DNA from: an uncultured Candidatus Saccharibacteria bacterium
GTDB taxonomy: Bacteria > Patescibacteriota > Doudnabacteria > UBA920
Assembly (NCBI GenBank): GCA_964524915.1
Contig: CAZGEB010000003.1
Span: forward strand, 3,263 to 57,268
Direction: 5' to 3'
Length of the DNA stretch: 54,006 nucleotides
In this document: piece after piece, positions 8,510-17,591 of the stretch
Position numbering within the stretch: the stretch's first letter is position 1
Layout: every line of letters starts with the position of its first letter
Translations under genes and position numbers: made by a program
The notes under the pieces: generated by a model
Database searches by the model: none
What the model was told of the DNA's origin: nothing
Seen by the model: the letters and a program-made list of their open reading frames with translations, nothing else

Positions 8510-9808
8510 TTACAATTTCTTTTGCCAGCCCGCATTTTGACGACACAAAAGATCCACAGCCCTCATGGGTTCTGACATAATCTCTTTCACAATCTTTTCC
8601 ATACGCATACCTTGACTACCCTTCACCAAAACAATTGTGTTTTCTGTGATCATCTCCTGCAGCAAACTCACAGCCTCTAGTGATTTAGAAAACCAATGAA
8701 TAGCATCTTTTTTCATACCAGCCCGCTCTGCTGCAAGTGCCGTAGACTTGGACAAATCGCCCACACAAATCAGTGAGTCAAATTTTAGCTCTGCCACCCG
8801 CCTGCCAATATCTTCATGCATAGCAACAGTCTCACCACCCAATTCAAGCATATCTCCCAGAACAGCAATTCTTTTATAACTTTTCCAAATGGCAAAAGCT
8901 GTCTTTAATGTATCCAAAGCCACCAGCGCAGAAGACGGGGAAGAATTATAAGTATCGTCAATAATCAAACTTTTCTTAATACCAGAAATCACATTTAGCC
9001 TTCCTGGTTGCGGCCTATAATTCAAAAGCCCTTTTTTGATATCCTCAGAAGAAATCTTCAAAGCCTCTGCCACAGCCACCGCAGCGAGACCTGCCAATAC
9101 ATGAGCCTCACCTATAGCCCCCAAAGTAAACCTGGGCACCCTAGTTGGAGTTTTGACAAAAACCTCTGTTTCAATAGCACCCTCAAAAGACTCACTTACA
9201 TCATCTGCGTGAACTGCGGCATCTTCAAAACCATAAATAGCATAATCCAAAAACTTAATATCTTTCCTAGATTCAAAAATTTTCTTTGCCTGCAAAACCG
9301 CCGCTTCGTTACTCCGATTGATTATGGCAGTTCCTCCAGAGACCAAACTAGAAATCAATTTTCCTTTTTCATCCGCAAGATGCTCCCTACTTTCAAAAAA
9401 TTCTAAGTGCGACTCTCCAACTCCTGTCAAAATGGCAATATTTGGTCTTGCGATATTTATCAACATCTCCATTTCCCCCGGCTTGTCAATCCCGTACTCC
9501 AAAACCAAAACTTCTGGATATCTATATTTAAACAAAATCAAATACGCCCCCCACAAAAAAACTTTCAGCCACCCCAACAAATTTCTCTCAGGGCTATCTT
9601 GCATCAAAACTCCCAAAGGCAACCCAAGTAAAGTGTTTAGATTTCTAGCTGGCGTAAAACTTCTAAAATGCTCTTTGACCACACAAAAAACCGCCTGCCT
9701 TGTAGAGGTTTTTCCTACACTGCCAGTAATGCCTATAATCAAAGGCTTGTATTTTGCTAATACTCTTTTTGCCAAAAAGGCCAAGATTTTTTCTATAAAA
9801 TGTCGCAT
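8510..9808 (-). CDS. murF: Mur ligase, most like UDP-MurNAc-tripeptide--D-Ala-D-Ala ligase
   Basis: P-loop IIGITGSVGKTSTRQA, a central Mur ligase domain and a C-terminal domain (VLGDMLELG). The size of 432 aa fits MurF. Confidence 0.7.
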   Translation of the reverse strand: MRHFIEKILAFLAKRVLAKYKPLIIGITGSVGKTSTRQAVFCVVKEHFRSFTPARNLNTLLGLPLGVLMQDSPERNLLGWLKVFLWGAYLILFKYRYPEVLVLEYGIDKPGEMEMLINIARPNIAILTGVGESHLEFFESREHLADEKGKLISSLVSGGTAIINRSNEAAVLQAKKIFESRKDIKFLDYAIYGFEDAAVHADDVSESFEGAIETEVFVKTPTRVPRFTLGAIGEAHVLAGLAAVAVAEALKISSEDIKKGLLNYRPQPGRLNVISGIKKSLIIDDTYNSSPSSALVALDTLKTAFAIWKSYKRIAVLGDMLELGGETVAMHEDIGRRVAELKFDSLICVGDLSKSTALAAERAGMKKDAIHWFSKSLEAVSLLQEMITENTIVLVKGSQGMRMEKIVKEIMSEPMRAVDLLCRQNAGWQKKL

Positions 9809-9880
9809 TTCTTATTTCATAGCAAATAAAACCAGCCTCTGTATTATAACAGAAGCTGGAACTTTTAAAAATCTTAAAGT

Positions 9881-10363
9881 TTAAGGTTTGGGTCCGAGGT
9901 CGCTCATTTGTAATTCAATCTTCGCAGTCAAATCTGCATTTCCAGCAAATTTAGCCAACCCCAAACAGTTTTCCAACAAAAAACGCCTCGTGTTGTCACT
10001 TAAGCCAGCCTGCGGTAAATCTAAAAGTCTTTCCGCCTGCGTGACAGCATTGCTTGTTTGGCGACGCAATATTTGTGCCATTACCCGCACCATATCTTCT
10101 GAAACTTTTTCTGGATGATTTTGCCAGAAGCCAAAAAGTTCTACGTACGCTCTCTGGAAATACTCTTTGGCGGTAGTCTCATTTGTTGACACCTCTCCAA
10201 TAGTATAATTAGAGTGCACCCGAATAAATAATTCCCTAGCTTCTTTTTCTAAATCTTTAGAATCTTTTTCTGTGGTCGGTCCCTGTAAAACATCAAGACC
10301 GCCCAGCTTCACCACATGAGACACTTCGGCGAGTTGAAAATGTTGAGCTAAGCCTTCGAGCAT
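9881..10363 (-). CDS. Hypothetical protein
   Basis: 160-aa ORF with an ATG start, tightly packed between serS and murF on the same strand. I recognise no motif. Confidence 0.5.
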   Translation of the reverse strand: MLEGLAQHFQLAEVSHVVKLGGLDVLQGPTTEKDSKDLEKEARELFIRVHSNYTIGEVSTNETTAKEYFQRAYVELFGFWQNHPEKVSEDMVRVMAQILRRQTSNAVTQAERLLDLPQAGLSDNTRRFLLENCLGLAKFAGNADLTAKIELQMSDLGPKP

Positions 10364-10367
10364 AAAA

Positions 10368-11744
10368 TTATTTACCCTTAATTACTTCACTTCCAACATA
10401 CTTTTGCAAAATCTCAGGCACTTTCACAGATCCATCTGCTTGCTGATAGTTTTCCAAAATGGCGATCAAAATACGTGGAGATGCCACTGCGGTATTATTG
10501 AGAGTAAAAGCATATTTCACCTCACCTTTACTGTCGCGATAACGAATATTAAGCCTGCGAGCTTGCCAGTCAGTTAGATTTGAGTCTGAATGAGTTTCCC
10601 CGTAATTTTTTCTAGCTGGCATCCAAGTCTCTATGTCGTACATTTTATATTTACCCATACCCATATCGCCAGTACATACATGAATCACGCGGTATGGTAG
10701 CTTCAAATCTTGCAGCATTTCTTCGGCGATTTCTCTGAGTGCCTCATGGAGACGTTCACTTTCCTCCACCTCCGCTTTACACACAACCACCTGCTCCACC
10801 TTCATAAACTCATGAACACGATACAAACCCTTAGTGTCCTTACCGTAACTGCCAATCTCACTTCTATAGCAAGGGGAAACGCCACACACTTGAATTGGTA
10901 AATCTTTTTCTTCTAATATCTTATCTGCATAATAAGCAATCAAAGAAGGTTCAGATGTTCCCGCCAAAAACATCGGCTCCCTCCCCTTCTGAGGGGAGGG
11001 TTGGGGAGAGGTTGTATCATCATTAACCAAATCATGTTCTTCTGCCACTTGATAAATTTCTTCTCTACCCTGAGGCAACATACCAGCTCCCTGCAATGCA
11101 AATTCCCGAACAATCGTTGGAGTCGCCATCAAAGTAAAACCTTTGGCACGAAGTTTTTCTAGGGCATGCATCATGAGACCATAATGCATAAGCACTAATT
11201 CATTTTTCAAATAATACCCACGAAAACCCGCGGTCTTTACTCCAGCTTCCAAATCCATCAAATTTAAATTCACACCAATCTCTGCATGATCCTTAACTTC
11301 AAAATCAAATTTAGTTGGCACCTCGCTGACTTTGGGATCATCCGCAGACATAGCGCCAGTAGCCACACTCCAGTAACGCCAAGGAATATTTCCACTATCG
11401 TCTTTACCCACCGGCACTTCTGGTGCGGGAATATTTGGAATTTGCAACATCAGAGCATCAAACTGCTTTTGCACTTCGCGAAGTTTGGCTTCCATTTCTG
11501 TTTGCCTGGAATCCACTTCTTTCATCTCGAGCAGCTTTGACGCCTTCTCATCAGCAGACATTTTTGCAATATCCAAAGACACTGCGTTTTTGGCGGCCCG
11601 GAGAGCATCTACCCCCGCCACCAATTCACGTCTTTGCAAATCCCAATCCAAAAGTTGGTCTATCACATTTGCATCAATGCCTTTTTTGCTGCAAGCATCT
11701 TTGACCTTGTCCGCATTTTCTCTAATAAATTTGATATCGAGCAT
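10368..11744 (-). CDS. serS: Seryl-tRNA synthetase
   Basis: MLDIKFIRENADKV N-terminus, a coiled-coil arm, and class II motifs GLYRVHEFMKVEQ and TLNNTAVASPRILIAILENYQ. It contains an in-frame family-B element (TTSPQPSPQKGREP). Confidence 0.95.
   Translation of the reverse strand: MLDIKFIRENADKVKDACSKKGIDANVIDQLLDWDLQRRELVAGVDALRAAKNAVSLDIAKMSADEKASKLLEMKEVDSRQTEMEAKLREVQKQFDALMLQIPNIPAPEVPVGKDDSGNIPWRYWSVATGAMSADDPKVSEVPTKFDFEVKDHAEIGVNLNLMDLEAGVKTAGFRGYYLKNELVLMHYGLMMHALEKLRAKGFTLMATPTIVREFALQGAGMLPQGREEIYQVAEEHDLVNDDTTSPQPSPQKGREPMFLAGTSEPSLIAYYADKILEEKDLPIQVCGVSPCYRSEIGSYGKDTKGLYRVHEFMKVEQVVVCKAEVEESERLHEALREIAEEMLQDLKLPYRVIHVCTGDMGMGKYKMYDIETWMPARKNYGETHSDSNLTDWQARRLNIRYRDSKGEVKYAFTLNNTAVASPRILIAILENYQQADGSVKVPEILQKYVGSEVIKGK
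10977..11014 (+). repeat. Family-B element, in frame (antisense orientation) in serS
   Basis: CCCTCCCC-TTCTGA-GGGGAGGG-TTGGGGAGAGGTTG. It is read on the minus strand as TTSPQPSPQKGREP. Confidence 0.8.
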
Positions 11745-11798
11745 ATATGTTGATTGTAAGTAGTAAAGTTAGTAAGCTGTAAGTTAACTGCAAAAAAA

Positions 11799-12124
11799 TC
11801 ATTCTCTAGATTTCTTTATTTTGTTTATAGCATATTTCCTCAAAGTAGCCACATATGTTTCCTCGGCTATATGAAAATCACTCAATTGTTGAAATATAAA
11901 AGCATCTGAATACCCAAACAAAGAAAGCCTTAAAACCTCACCCTCCAACACAGAAATCACCCCCCCTTCACAAAAAGCAAGATATTTTCTTCATCGACCA
12001 GCCCTAGTCTATGCAAAGCCTCAACTTTCTTAGACACTTGAGAATGCACCGGCTTTGGATCTTCGTAATGCCCAGGCTCTAATTTGTCTATCAATTTTTT
12101 AATATTTGGACCCTTGTTTGCCAT
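11799..12124 (-). pseudogene. Small ORF (~108 aa if intact) disrupted at a G7 homopolymer
   Basis: The ATG at 12124 opens 55 codons ending at a TGA right after GGGGGGG (plus-strand C7 at 11960-11966). One extra G would join a further 53-codon frame ending at 11799-11801. Confidence 0.45.
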
Positions 12125-12130
12125 ATAGAC

Positions 12131-13603
12131 CTAATTAATACTTCGCATCGGCGGAAAAACCACTGTCTCTCTTATTGGCCTACCAGTAAGCATAGCAAAT
12201 AATCTCTCTGAAACTCCAAAGCCTGCAGCCGGCGGCATGCCGTATTCCATTGCCTCTACATAACCCTCATCAAACATTTGCGCCTCGCCATCTCCAGACT
12301 CACGCAAGCGAGCCTGTTCTTCAAAACGAGATCTTTGATCCAGCGGATCATTTAATTCACCAAAGCCTTTTCCAAGCTCACTTCCGAAAGCAATAATTTG
12401 CATTCTTTGTACAATCTTTGGGTTTTTTGCATCCCGCTTTGCCAGAGGTTCTAGTTCTATCGGCTGATTTATCAGAAATACGGGCTTGTCAGTTGGCAGT
12501 GAAATGCGGATCTTTTTAAATATCAAATCAATCAGCCTACCTCTTTGAGCAAAATCTTCAAAATGTAAGTGCTGCGCCTTTGCATATTTTTTCAACTCCT
12601 CATCACTACAACTCTCCAAGTCCAAACCAGTTTTTTCTTTAAATAATTCTATATAATCAACTCTCTGCCATGTACCTGACCAATCACAGACTTGCCCGTT
12701 TACCTCTATCTGCAAAGTCCCAAATGTTTCTAAAATTACATACTGATAAAGCCGCTCACTGAAATCCAAAAGCTTTTCAAAATCAGCATAAGCCCAATAC
12801 CACTCTATCTGAGTGTAATCTTGCAAATGGGTAGCGTCTATGCCTTCGTTGCGGAAAATTCTACCTATTTCAAAAACTTTTTCATAACCTGCCACCAGCA
12901 TCTTTTTCAGTGGCAGTTCCAAAGAAATGCGCAAATAAAAATCTTGATCCAGGGCATTGTGATGCGTCACAAAAGGCTCTGCCTCAGCCCCACCTGTTGA
13001 ATCTTCCAAAATAGGCATATACACTTCCAAAAAACCTTCGTGCAATAAAAAATCTCGGAAAGCCTGCCAAAACTTTGCCTTTTTGATAAATAAATCTTTT
13101 ACACTAGGATCAAACAAAATATCCAAATATCGCTTGCGAAGTTTGATTTCTTCATCTTCTAAACCAAAATGCTCAGATGGTAATGGGCGAATAGACTTAG
13201 CCAAAACCTTATACTTTATACCTGACAGGGTTTTTTCACCAGTTTTGGTAATAAATAAAGTACCAGTAGCTTCCAAAAAATCTCCTGTATCCAAAAGCTC
13301 TGAAAGTACAGAAAAATTTTCTGTCTCACCATCTTTAAACAAAACTTGAATGCGGGCTGTTCCGTCTTCAATATGAGCAAATATGATCTTACCCATATCT
13401 CGCATACCCCGCACACGTCCCACCAAAGTAATCACCTGCCCCGCAAGTGGGCCTGTTCCACCATCATCAGCACTAAAACCATCCAAGGCTTTTTGGTTTG
13501 TATGTGTGCGATTTGTGGATGAAGGATAAGGGTCCAGCCCCAAGCTCAACATCTTCTGCACCTTGGATTTTCTATTTTCAATTATTTCTTCTAAACGATC
13601 CAT
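12131..13603 (-). CDS. lysS: Lysyl-tRNA synthetase, class II
   Basis: N-terminal OB-fold domain, plus FEIGRIFRNEGID and PPAAGFGVSERLFAML class IIb motifs. Confidence 0.95.
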   Translation of the reverse strand: MDRLEEIIENRKSKVQKMLSLGLDPYPSSTNRTHTNQKALDGFSADDGGTGPLAGQVITLVGRVRGMRDMGKIIFAHIEDGTARIQVLFKDGETENFSVLSELLDTGDFLEATGTLFITKTGEKTLSGIKYKVLAKSIRPLPSEHFGLEDEEIKLRKRYLDILFDPSVKDLFIKKAKFWQAFRDFLLHEGFLEVYMPILEDSTGGAEAEPFVTHHNALDQDFYLRISLELPLKKMLVAGYEKVFEIGRIFRNEGIDATHLQDYTQIEWYWAYADFEKLLDFSERLYQYVILETFGTLQIEVNGQVCDWSGTWQRVDYIELFKEKTGLDLESCSDEELKKYAKAQHLHFEDFAQRGRLIDLIFKKIRISLPTDKPVFLINQPIELEPLAKRDAKNPKIVQRMQIIAFGSELGKGFGELNDPLDQRSRFEEQARLRESGDGEAQMFDEGYVEAMEYGMPPAAGFGVSERLFAMLTGRPIRETVVFPPMRSIN

Positions 13604-13613
13604 GATTTAATAT

Positions 13614-13655
13614 AGTGAATAGTGAATAGTGAATAGTGAATAGTGAATAGTGAAT
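13614..13655 (+). repeat. Heptamer array (AGTGAAT)x6, 10 nt upstream of the lysS start codon
   Basis: Six perfect copies, followed by the GC-rich segment CTGCCCGCC..GGCAGGCGGG and a further TGAATAGTGA. Confidence 0.9.
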
Positions 13656-13734
13656 AGACTGCCCGCCAGTGAAAGGCTCAGGCAGGCGGGTGAATAGTGA
13701 CGAACCTTGTCCACCACTCACTTCTTATAGCACA

Positions 13735-13760
13735 CCCGCCATAGCATTAGCGGCGACGGG
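13735..13760 (+). repeat. GC-rich CCGCC hairpin (family D) abutting a heptamer array
   Basis: CCCGCCATAGCATTAGCGGCGACGGG. 22 of 26 nt are identical to the reverse complement of 52401-52428. Confidence 0.7.
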
Positions 13761-13765
13761 CTTCT

Positions 13766-13814
13766 CTTACTTCTTACTTCTTACTTCTTACTTCTTACTT
13801 CTTACTTCTTACTT
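13766..13814 (+). repeat. Heptamer array (CTTACTT)x7
   Basis: Seven perfect copies directly after the family-D hairpin. Confidence 0.9.
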
Positions 13815-13820
13815 CAAACA

Positions 13821-13856
13821 GTATACCAAAAACCACCCAGTTTGCCTAGGTGGTTT
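13821..13856 (-). terminator. Intrinsic terminator after greA and the small ORF
   Basis: 8-bp stem AAACCACC/GGTGGTTT overlapping the stop codon at 13855-13857, followed on the minus strand by TTTTTGG. Confidence 0.5.
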
Positions 13857-14064
13857 ATCTATTTGAAAATCTGTCTATTCTTCTTCTTGGCGAGTCGGGA
13901 ACATCTGAAGAGTCAATCCCCAAAGCATGCCAATCTAGTCCTCCCAGAGAATCAATGCGAAACCTTAACTGTTTTGGGTCAACATAAAGCTGTAATCCAC
14001 CCTCAAGAGAATTTGCCAAAGAAATCAACTCCTGAACAAAACTTTGAGCAGAATATTCTGGCAT
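13855..14064 (-). CDS. Small hypothetical protein (69 aa)
   Basis: ATG start 22 nt after the greA stop, non-repetitive composition, and a terminator hairpin overlapping its stop codon. Confidence 0.3.
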   Translation of the reverse strand: MPEYSAQSFVQELISLANSLEGGLQLYVDPKQLRFRIDSLGGLDWHALGIDSSDVPDSPRRRIDRFSNR

Positions 14065-14086
14065 ATAAAATCACACTACATAAACC

Positions 14087-14566
14087 TTACTCAATCGTCA
14101 CAATCTCGTACTCTACTTGTCCTGCTGGAGCTTGGACCTTGGCTTTGTCGCCAACTTTTTTCCCAAGCAAAGCTTGACCTACAGTAGATTCATTTGAAAT
14201 CTTACCCAGACTTGGATTGGCTTCGTTGCTACCAACTATAGTATACTTTCTTTCCTTGCCAGAGATCTTGACTGTAACAGTAGAACCAATCGCCACGACC
14301 AAGTGACCTTTTGGGGTCACAATAATTTCACTATTGCGGATAATATCTTCAATCTCTTGAATTCTACCCTCCACAAAAGACTGCTCTTCACGTGCCTGTG
14401 CATAGTCTGCGTTCTCAGACAAATCGCCATGAGCTGCCGCTTCACGGATACGCTCAATGACCTCTTTTCGCCTGACGTTAATCAAAAACTCCAACTCTTC
14501 TTTGAGCTTTTTTAGGCCATCAGCAGTTAATAAAAACTTTTTTACGTTGTCTACTAAATCTCCCAT
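14087..14566 (-). CDS. greA: Transcription elongation factor GreA
   Basis: Coiled-coil N-domain with HGDLSENADYAQAREEQSFVEGRIQEIE, plus a C-terminal FKBP-like domain. Confidence 0.9.
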   Translation of the reverse strand: MGDLVDNVKKFLLTADGLKKLKEELEFLINVRRKEVIERIREAAAHGDLSENADYAQAREEQSFVEGRIQEIEDIIRNSEIIVTPKGHLVVAIGSTVTVKISGKERKYTIVGSNEANPSLGKISNESTVGQALLGKKVGDKAKVQAPAGQVEYEIVTIE

Positions 14567-14708
14567 AATTTACAATTTATTAGAAAAAAATTAAAAACCA
14601 TACAGCGCCACAAATAAGGTGGCGGTCAAAAAATATGTTTTACAGCTAGTGCATAATTCTACAAAAGAGACGGGCCTATGTCAACCCTCAAGTTGTGGAC
14701 AAGTATAT

Positions 14709-15548
14709 TTATCGCTTATACAAAGCACAATTCATCATCAAGCACGCTACAGAAACAGGTCCAACCCCGCCAGGCACAGGCGATAAAAAACTTGCCTTAC
14801 CCATTACAGAGCTACTTTCTACATCGCCAACAATCACCCCACCTGACTCAGAAGTGCCAGCGTCTATAACCACAGTACCGGATTTTAAAGCATCACCACT
14901 AATCAAATTCGGCCTGCCGACGCCCGTTACCACAACATCACTTTCAAGCAAAAGCTGTTTGACCCTCTCTTTGTCTGTATGTTCGTCTATTATCTCCACT
15001 TGTAGCCCCAGCCTTTTAAACAGCTCGTGCACAGGTCTACCCACCAAACCACCCTGACCGACAATCAAATATTTCAGACTCAAAGAAATCTTTTCTATTG
15101 ATTCCAAAATTTTCACCACCGCCATAGCAGTTGGAGGAGTAAACACATCTTCAAAACTTTGATAAAAAAGTTCGCGCTGCCGGATAGATAAACAATCTAC
15201 ATCTTTTTTCAAGTCAATAGCATTCAAAATATTCTCTGAAATATCTTGAGTAAAAGGCAATGGCATCTGCACCACCACACCACACACATCTTCTCTTTTA
15301 TTTAAACCATCAATACAAGATAAAATCTCAGAAGGGTCGACGCTGGAAGAAAACTTCAATAGCTCAAAACCTAGACCCACTCGCACTGCAGCGCGTCTCT
15401 TGACCTCCACAAACTTTTCTTGTACGGCGTCCTCCCCAACCAAAATATCACACAGAATATTACTCACTCCACTTGCTTGAATAATACCAGCCGCTGCTTT
15501 CTCTATTTCATCGGCTAGCTGTCTGCCTTTAATTAAAATTGTTTCCAT
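14709..15548 (-). CDS. folD: Bifunctional methylenetetrahydrofolate dehydrogenase/cyclohydrolase
   Basis: VVVTGVGRPNLI Rossmann segment and C-terminal PVPGGVGPVSVACLMMN. Confidence 0.9.
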   Translation of the reverse strand: METILIKGRQLADEIEKAAAGIIQASGVSNILCDILVGEDAVQEKFVEVKRRAAVRVGLGFELLKFSSSVDPSEILSCIDGLNKREDVCGVVVQMPLPFTQDISENILNAIDLKKDVDCLSIRQRELFYQSFEDVFTPPTAMAVVKILESIEKISLSLKYLIVGQGGLVGRPVHELFKRLGLQVEIIDEHTDKERVKQLLLESDVVVTGVGRPNLISGDALKSGTVVIDAGTSESGGVIVGDVESSSVMGKASFLSPVPGGVGPVSVACLMMNCALYKR

Positions 15549-15596
15549 GTAAAAATATCCTACAATACTGATTATTCAAAAAAATTAATTACAAAA

Positions 15597-17564
15597 TCAT
15601 TTACTGCATACAGACCCGGGCCGTACACAATAACGATTATTAGCCCACCAAGACAATGCTTCTTTTGCCACCGGCAAAGCAGCGGAGTGGCCTTCACCAC
15701 CAGATTCTACCAAAACAGTAACCACAATTTGCGGATCCTCAAAGGGTGCGTAAGAAGTAAACCAAGCGTGAGTGCGTGACAGATCACTATCATCAAATTG
15801 TGATGTGCCAGTTTTTCCAGCACTACTGATAGGCAGAGTCAAAAGCGGCTTCGCACTTCCGCTCAAAACTGTCTCCCTCATGGCTTTTTGCACAATCGCC
15901 ATATTCTTCTGCTCTACCCCCAAACTTTCCAAAAGTTTCTCTGGCACAGGCTCAAGAACCGTTCTCCCCTCATGATCAACTATTTTTTTAATAATGTGTG
16001 GCTTCATACCAATCCCATTATTGGCAATAGTAGCAGTCCACAGAGCCGCCTGCATAGGCGTCACCAATAAATAGCTTTGTCCAATGGATAAATGATAAGT
16101 ATCTCCAAGATACCATTTATCTAAATCCTTTACACCTTCAAACCTCTTGGCTTTCCAAGCTGCATCGGGAACAAGACCCGACACTTCGCCAGGCAAATCT
16201 ATGCCAGTAGGAGAACCCATACCAAACAATCTATAATACTTGGCCAGCCTTTCTACTCCAAGGCCTTCAATTTTAGAATTCGGATGCCCACCCCCCACAG
16301 TATAAAAGAAAATATCACTAGACCTAGCCACAGCATCATAAACATTCAAAGGCCCCAAACCTTCATGCTTCCAACCGTAAAACTTATAGATAATACTAGG
16401 ATTATATCTATGTGGAATAGACAAAAAACCATTATCAGTAATAATTGTTTTATCAGTGATCACGCCTTCTTGCAAAGCCCCAGCAGCCACCACTGGCTTT
16501 ACGATAGATCCAGGCGGGTATGTTCCCGCCAAAGCTCGGTTAAACAAAGGCTTGTTTGTATCAGTAAAAATCTTCGCCGACTCTTTTTTGTCCAAACCAC
16601 TCACCAATTTGTTATTATCAAATCCTGGCAAAGAGACCAAAGCCAAGACTGCCCCTGTTTTAGGGTTCAGAGCCACCGCGGCGCCTTTTTGTCCATGACT
16701 GGCCAGTGAATCATACAAAACCTTTTGAAGCCCCGAGTCCAACTCTAGCTCCAGAGTTTTGCCAATTTCTGCTTCCACGCTACCCAAGTCTTCCACCATC
16801 TTACCTTTGGCGTCCACTTCCACACGCCTAGCACCGTTTTTACCTTTTAAATATTTTTCATAGGTCGACTCAATTCCCGCTTTACCTATCAAATCCAAAC
16901 GCGAATAACCGCTTTTCAAAAGATCTGATATTTTTTCACTAGGAATAGAACCAGTATACCCCAAGACATGAGAAAACTTTTCCGCATCCACATAATGATG
17001 CGCAGGAACACTTTCAATCGCCACCCCAGGCCATTTTAGAGCCTTGGTCGCAACCAAAACTCTTTGGTCTGCAGTCAAATCATCCAAAACCACTACTGGG
17101 TCCAAAATATTTTTTGTCTTGGTTTGAAAAAGATTTAGCACATCCTCCCTGTTCAAAGACAAAAGATTGGACAACTCGCCAGCCAATTCCACTCTAAAAG
17201 AATTTGGCACATCAGCCAAAAAAACCACCACCCGATATCTTAAAATATTATCAGCCAAAACATCACCATTGGTATCTAAAATCATACCCCTGGGGGCCAA
17301 GTCCACTCTTTCTCGAATCCTGTTGTTGTCCGCCAACGCCAAATATTCATCACCCTTCACACCCTGGAGCCAAACCAACCTACTCAAAAAAATAACAAAT
17401 GTAAAAAACAAAACCAAAGGCAAAACCCATACTCTCCTCGGCTGGCTAGATTTAGGCATCACTGCCACACCCAAAGACGCACCCTCTTCCCAAGAAAGAG
17501 AATCAATAGCTCCGCCTCTACTAGAGACTTTTTGCTTTAAAGTTTTATAAGAAAAAATATCCAT
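15597..17564 (-). CDS. mrdA: Penicillin-binding protein 2 (elongasome transpeptidase)
   Basis: N-terminal TM, a dimerisation domain, transpeptidase motifs PGSIVKP (SxxK) and AGKTGTSQ (KTG), and position downstream of mreBCD. Confidence 0.85.
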   Translation of the reverse strand: MDIFSYKTLKQKVSSRGGAIDSLSWEEGASLGVAVMPKSSQPRRVWVLPLVLFFTFVIFLSRLVWLQGVKGDEYLALADNNRIRERVDLAPRGMILDTNGDVLADNILRYRVVVFLADVPNSFRVELAGELSNLLSLNREDVLNLFQTKTKNILDPVVVLDDLTADQRVLVATKALKWPGVAIESVPAHHYVDAEKFSHVLGYTGSIPSEKISDLLKSGYSRLDLIGKAGIESTYEKYLKGKNGARRVEVDAKGKMVEDLGSVEAEIGKTLELELDSGLQKVLYDSLASHGQKGAAVALNPKTGAVLALVSLPGFDNNKLVSGLDKKESAKIFTDTNKPLFNRALAGTYPPGSIVKPVVAAGALQEGVITDKTIITDNGFLSIPHRYNPSIIYKFYGWKHEGLGPLNVYDAVARSSDIFFYTVGGGHPNSKIEGLGVERLAKYYRLFGMGSPTGIDLPGEVSGLVPDAAWKAKRFEGVKDLDKWYLGDTYHLSIGQSYLLVTPMQAALWTATIANNGIGMKPHIIKKIVDHEGRTVLEPVPEKLLESLGVEQKNMAIVQKAMRETVLSGSAKPLLTLPISSAGKTGTSQFDDSDLSRTHAWFTSYAPFEDPQIVVTVLVESGGEGHSAALPVAKEALSWWANNRYCVRPGSVCSK

Positions 17565-17591
17565 ATCTACAATCTATCCATATCTACAATC
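17558..17591. repeat. Perfect 17-bp tandem duplication at the mreD stop / mrdA start junction
   Basis: TATCCATATCTACAATC x2. Each copy contains a CAT (ATG on the minus strand) and a CTA (TAG on the minus strand). Confidence 0.9.

Noticed and set aside
9318-9884. Plus-strand ORF of 188 aa (also 9008..9406 and 9407..9631)
   Set aside because: They are shadow ORFs antisense to murF, with no motif and a biased composition.
13614-13814. Tandem repeat blocks considered as possible CRISPR arrays (also 26569-26617, 6155-6316)
   Set aside because: The units are 7 nt with no spacers between them, far shorter than CRISPR repeats, and no cas genes are present in the window.
13842-14177. Plus-strand ORF of 111 aa
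   Set aside because: It overlaps the 3' end of greA and the small minus-strand ORF, with no supporting signals.
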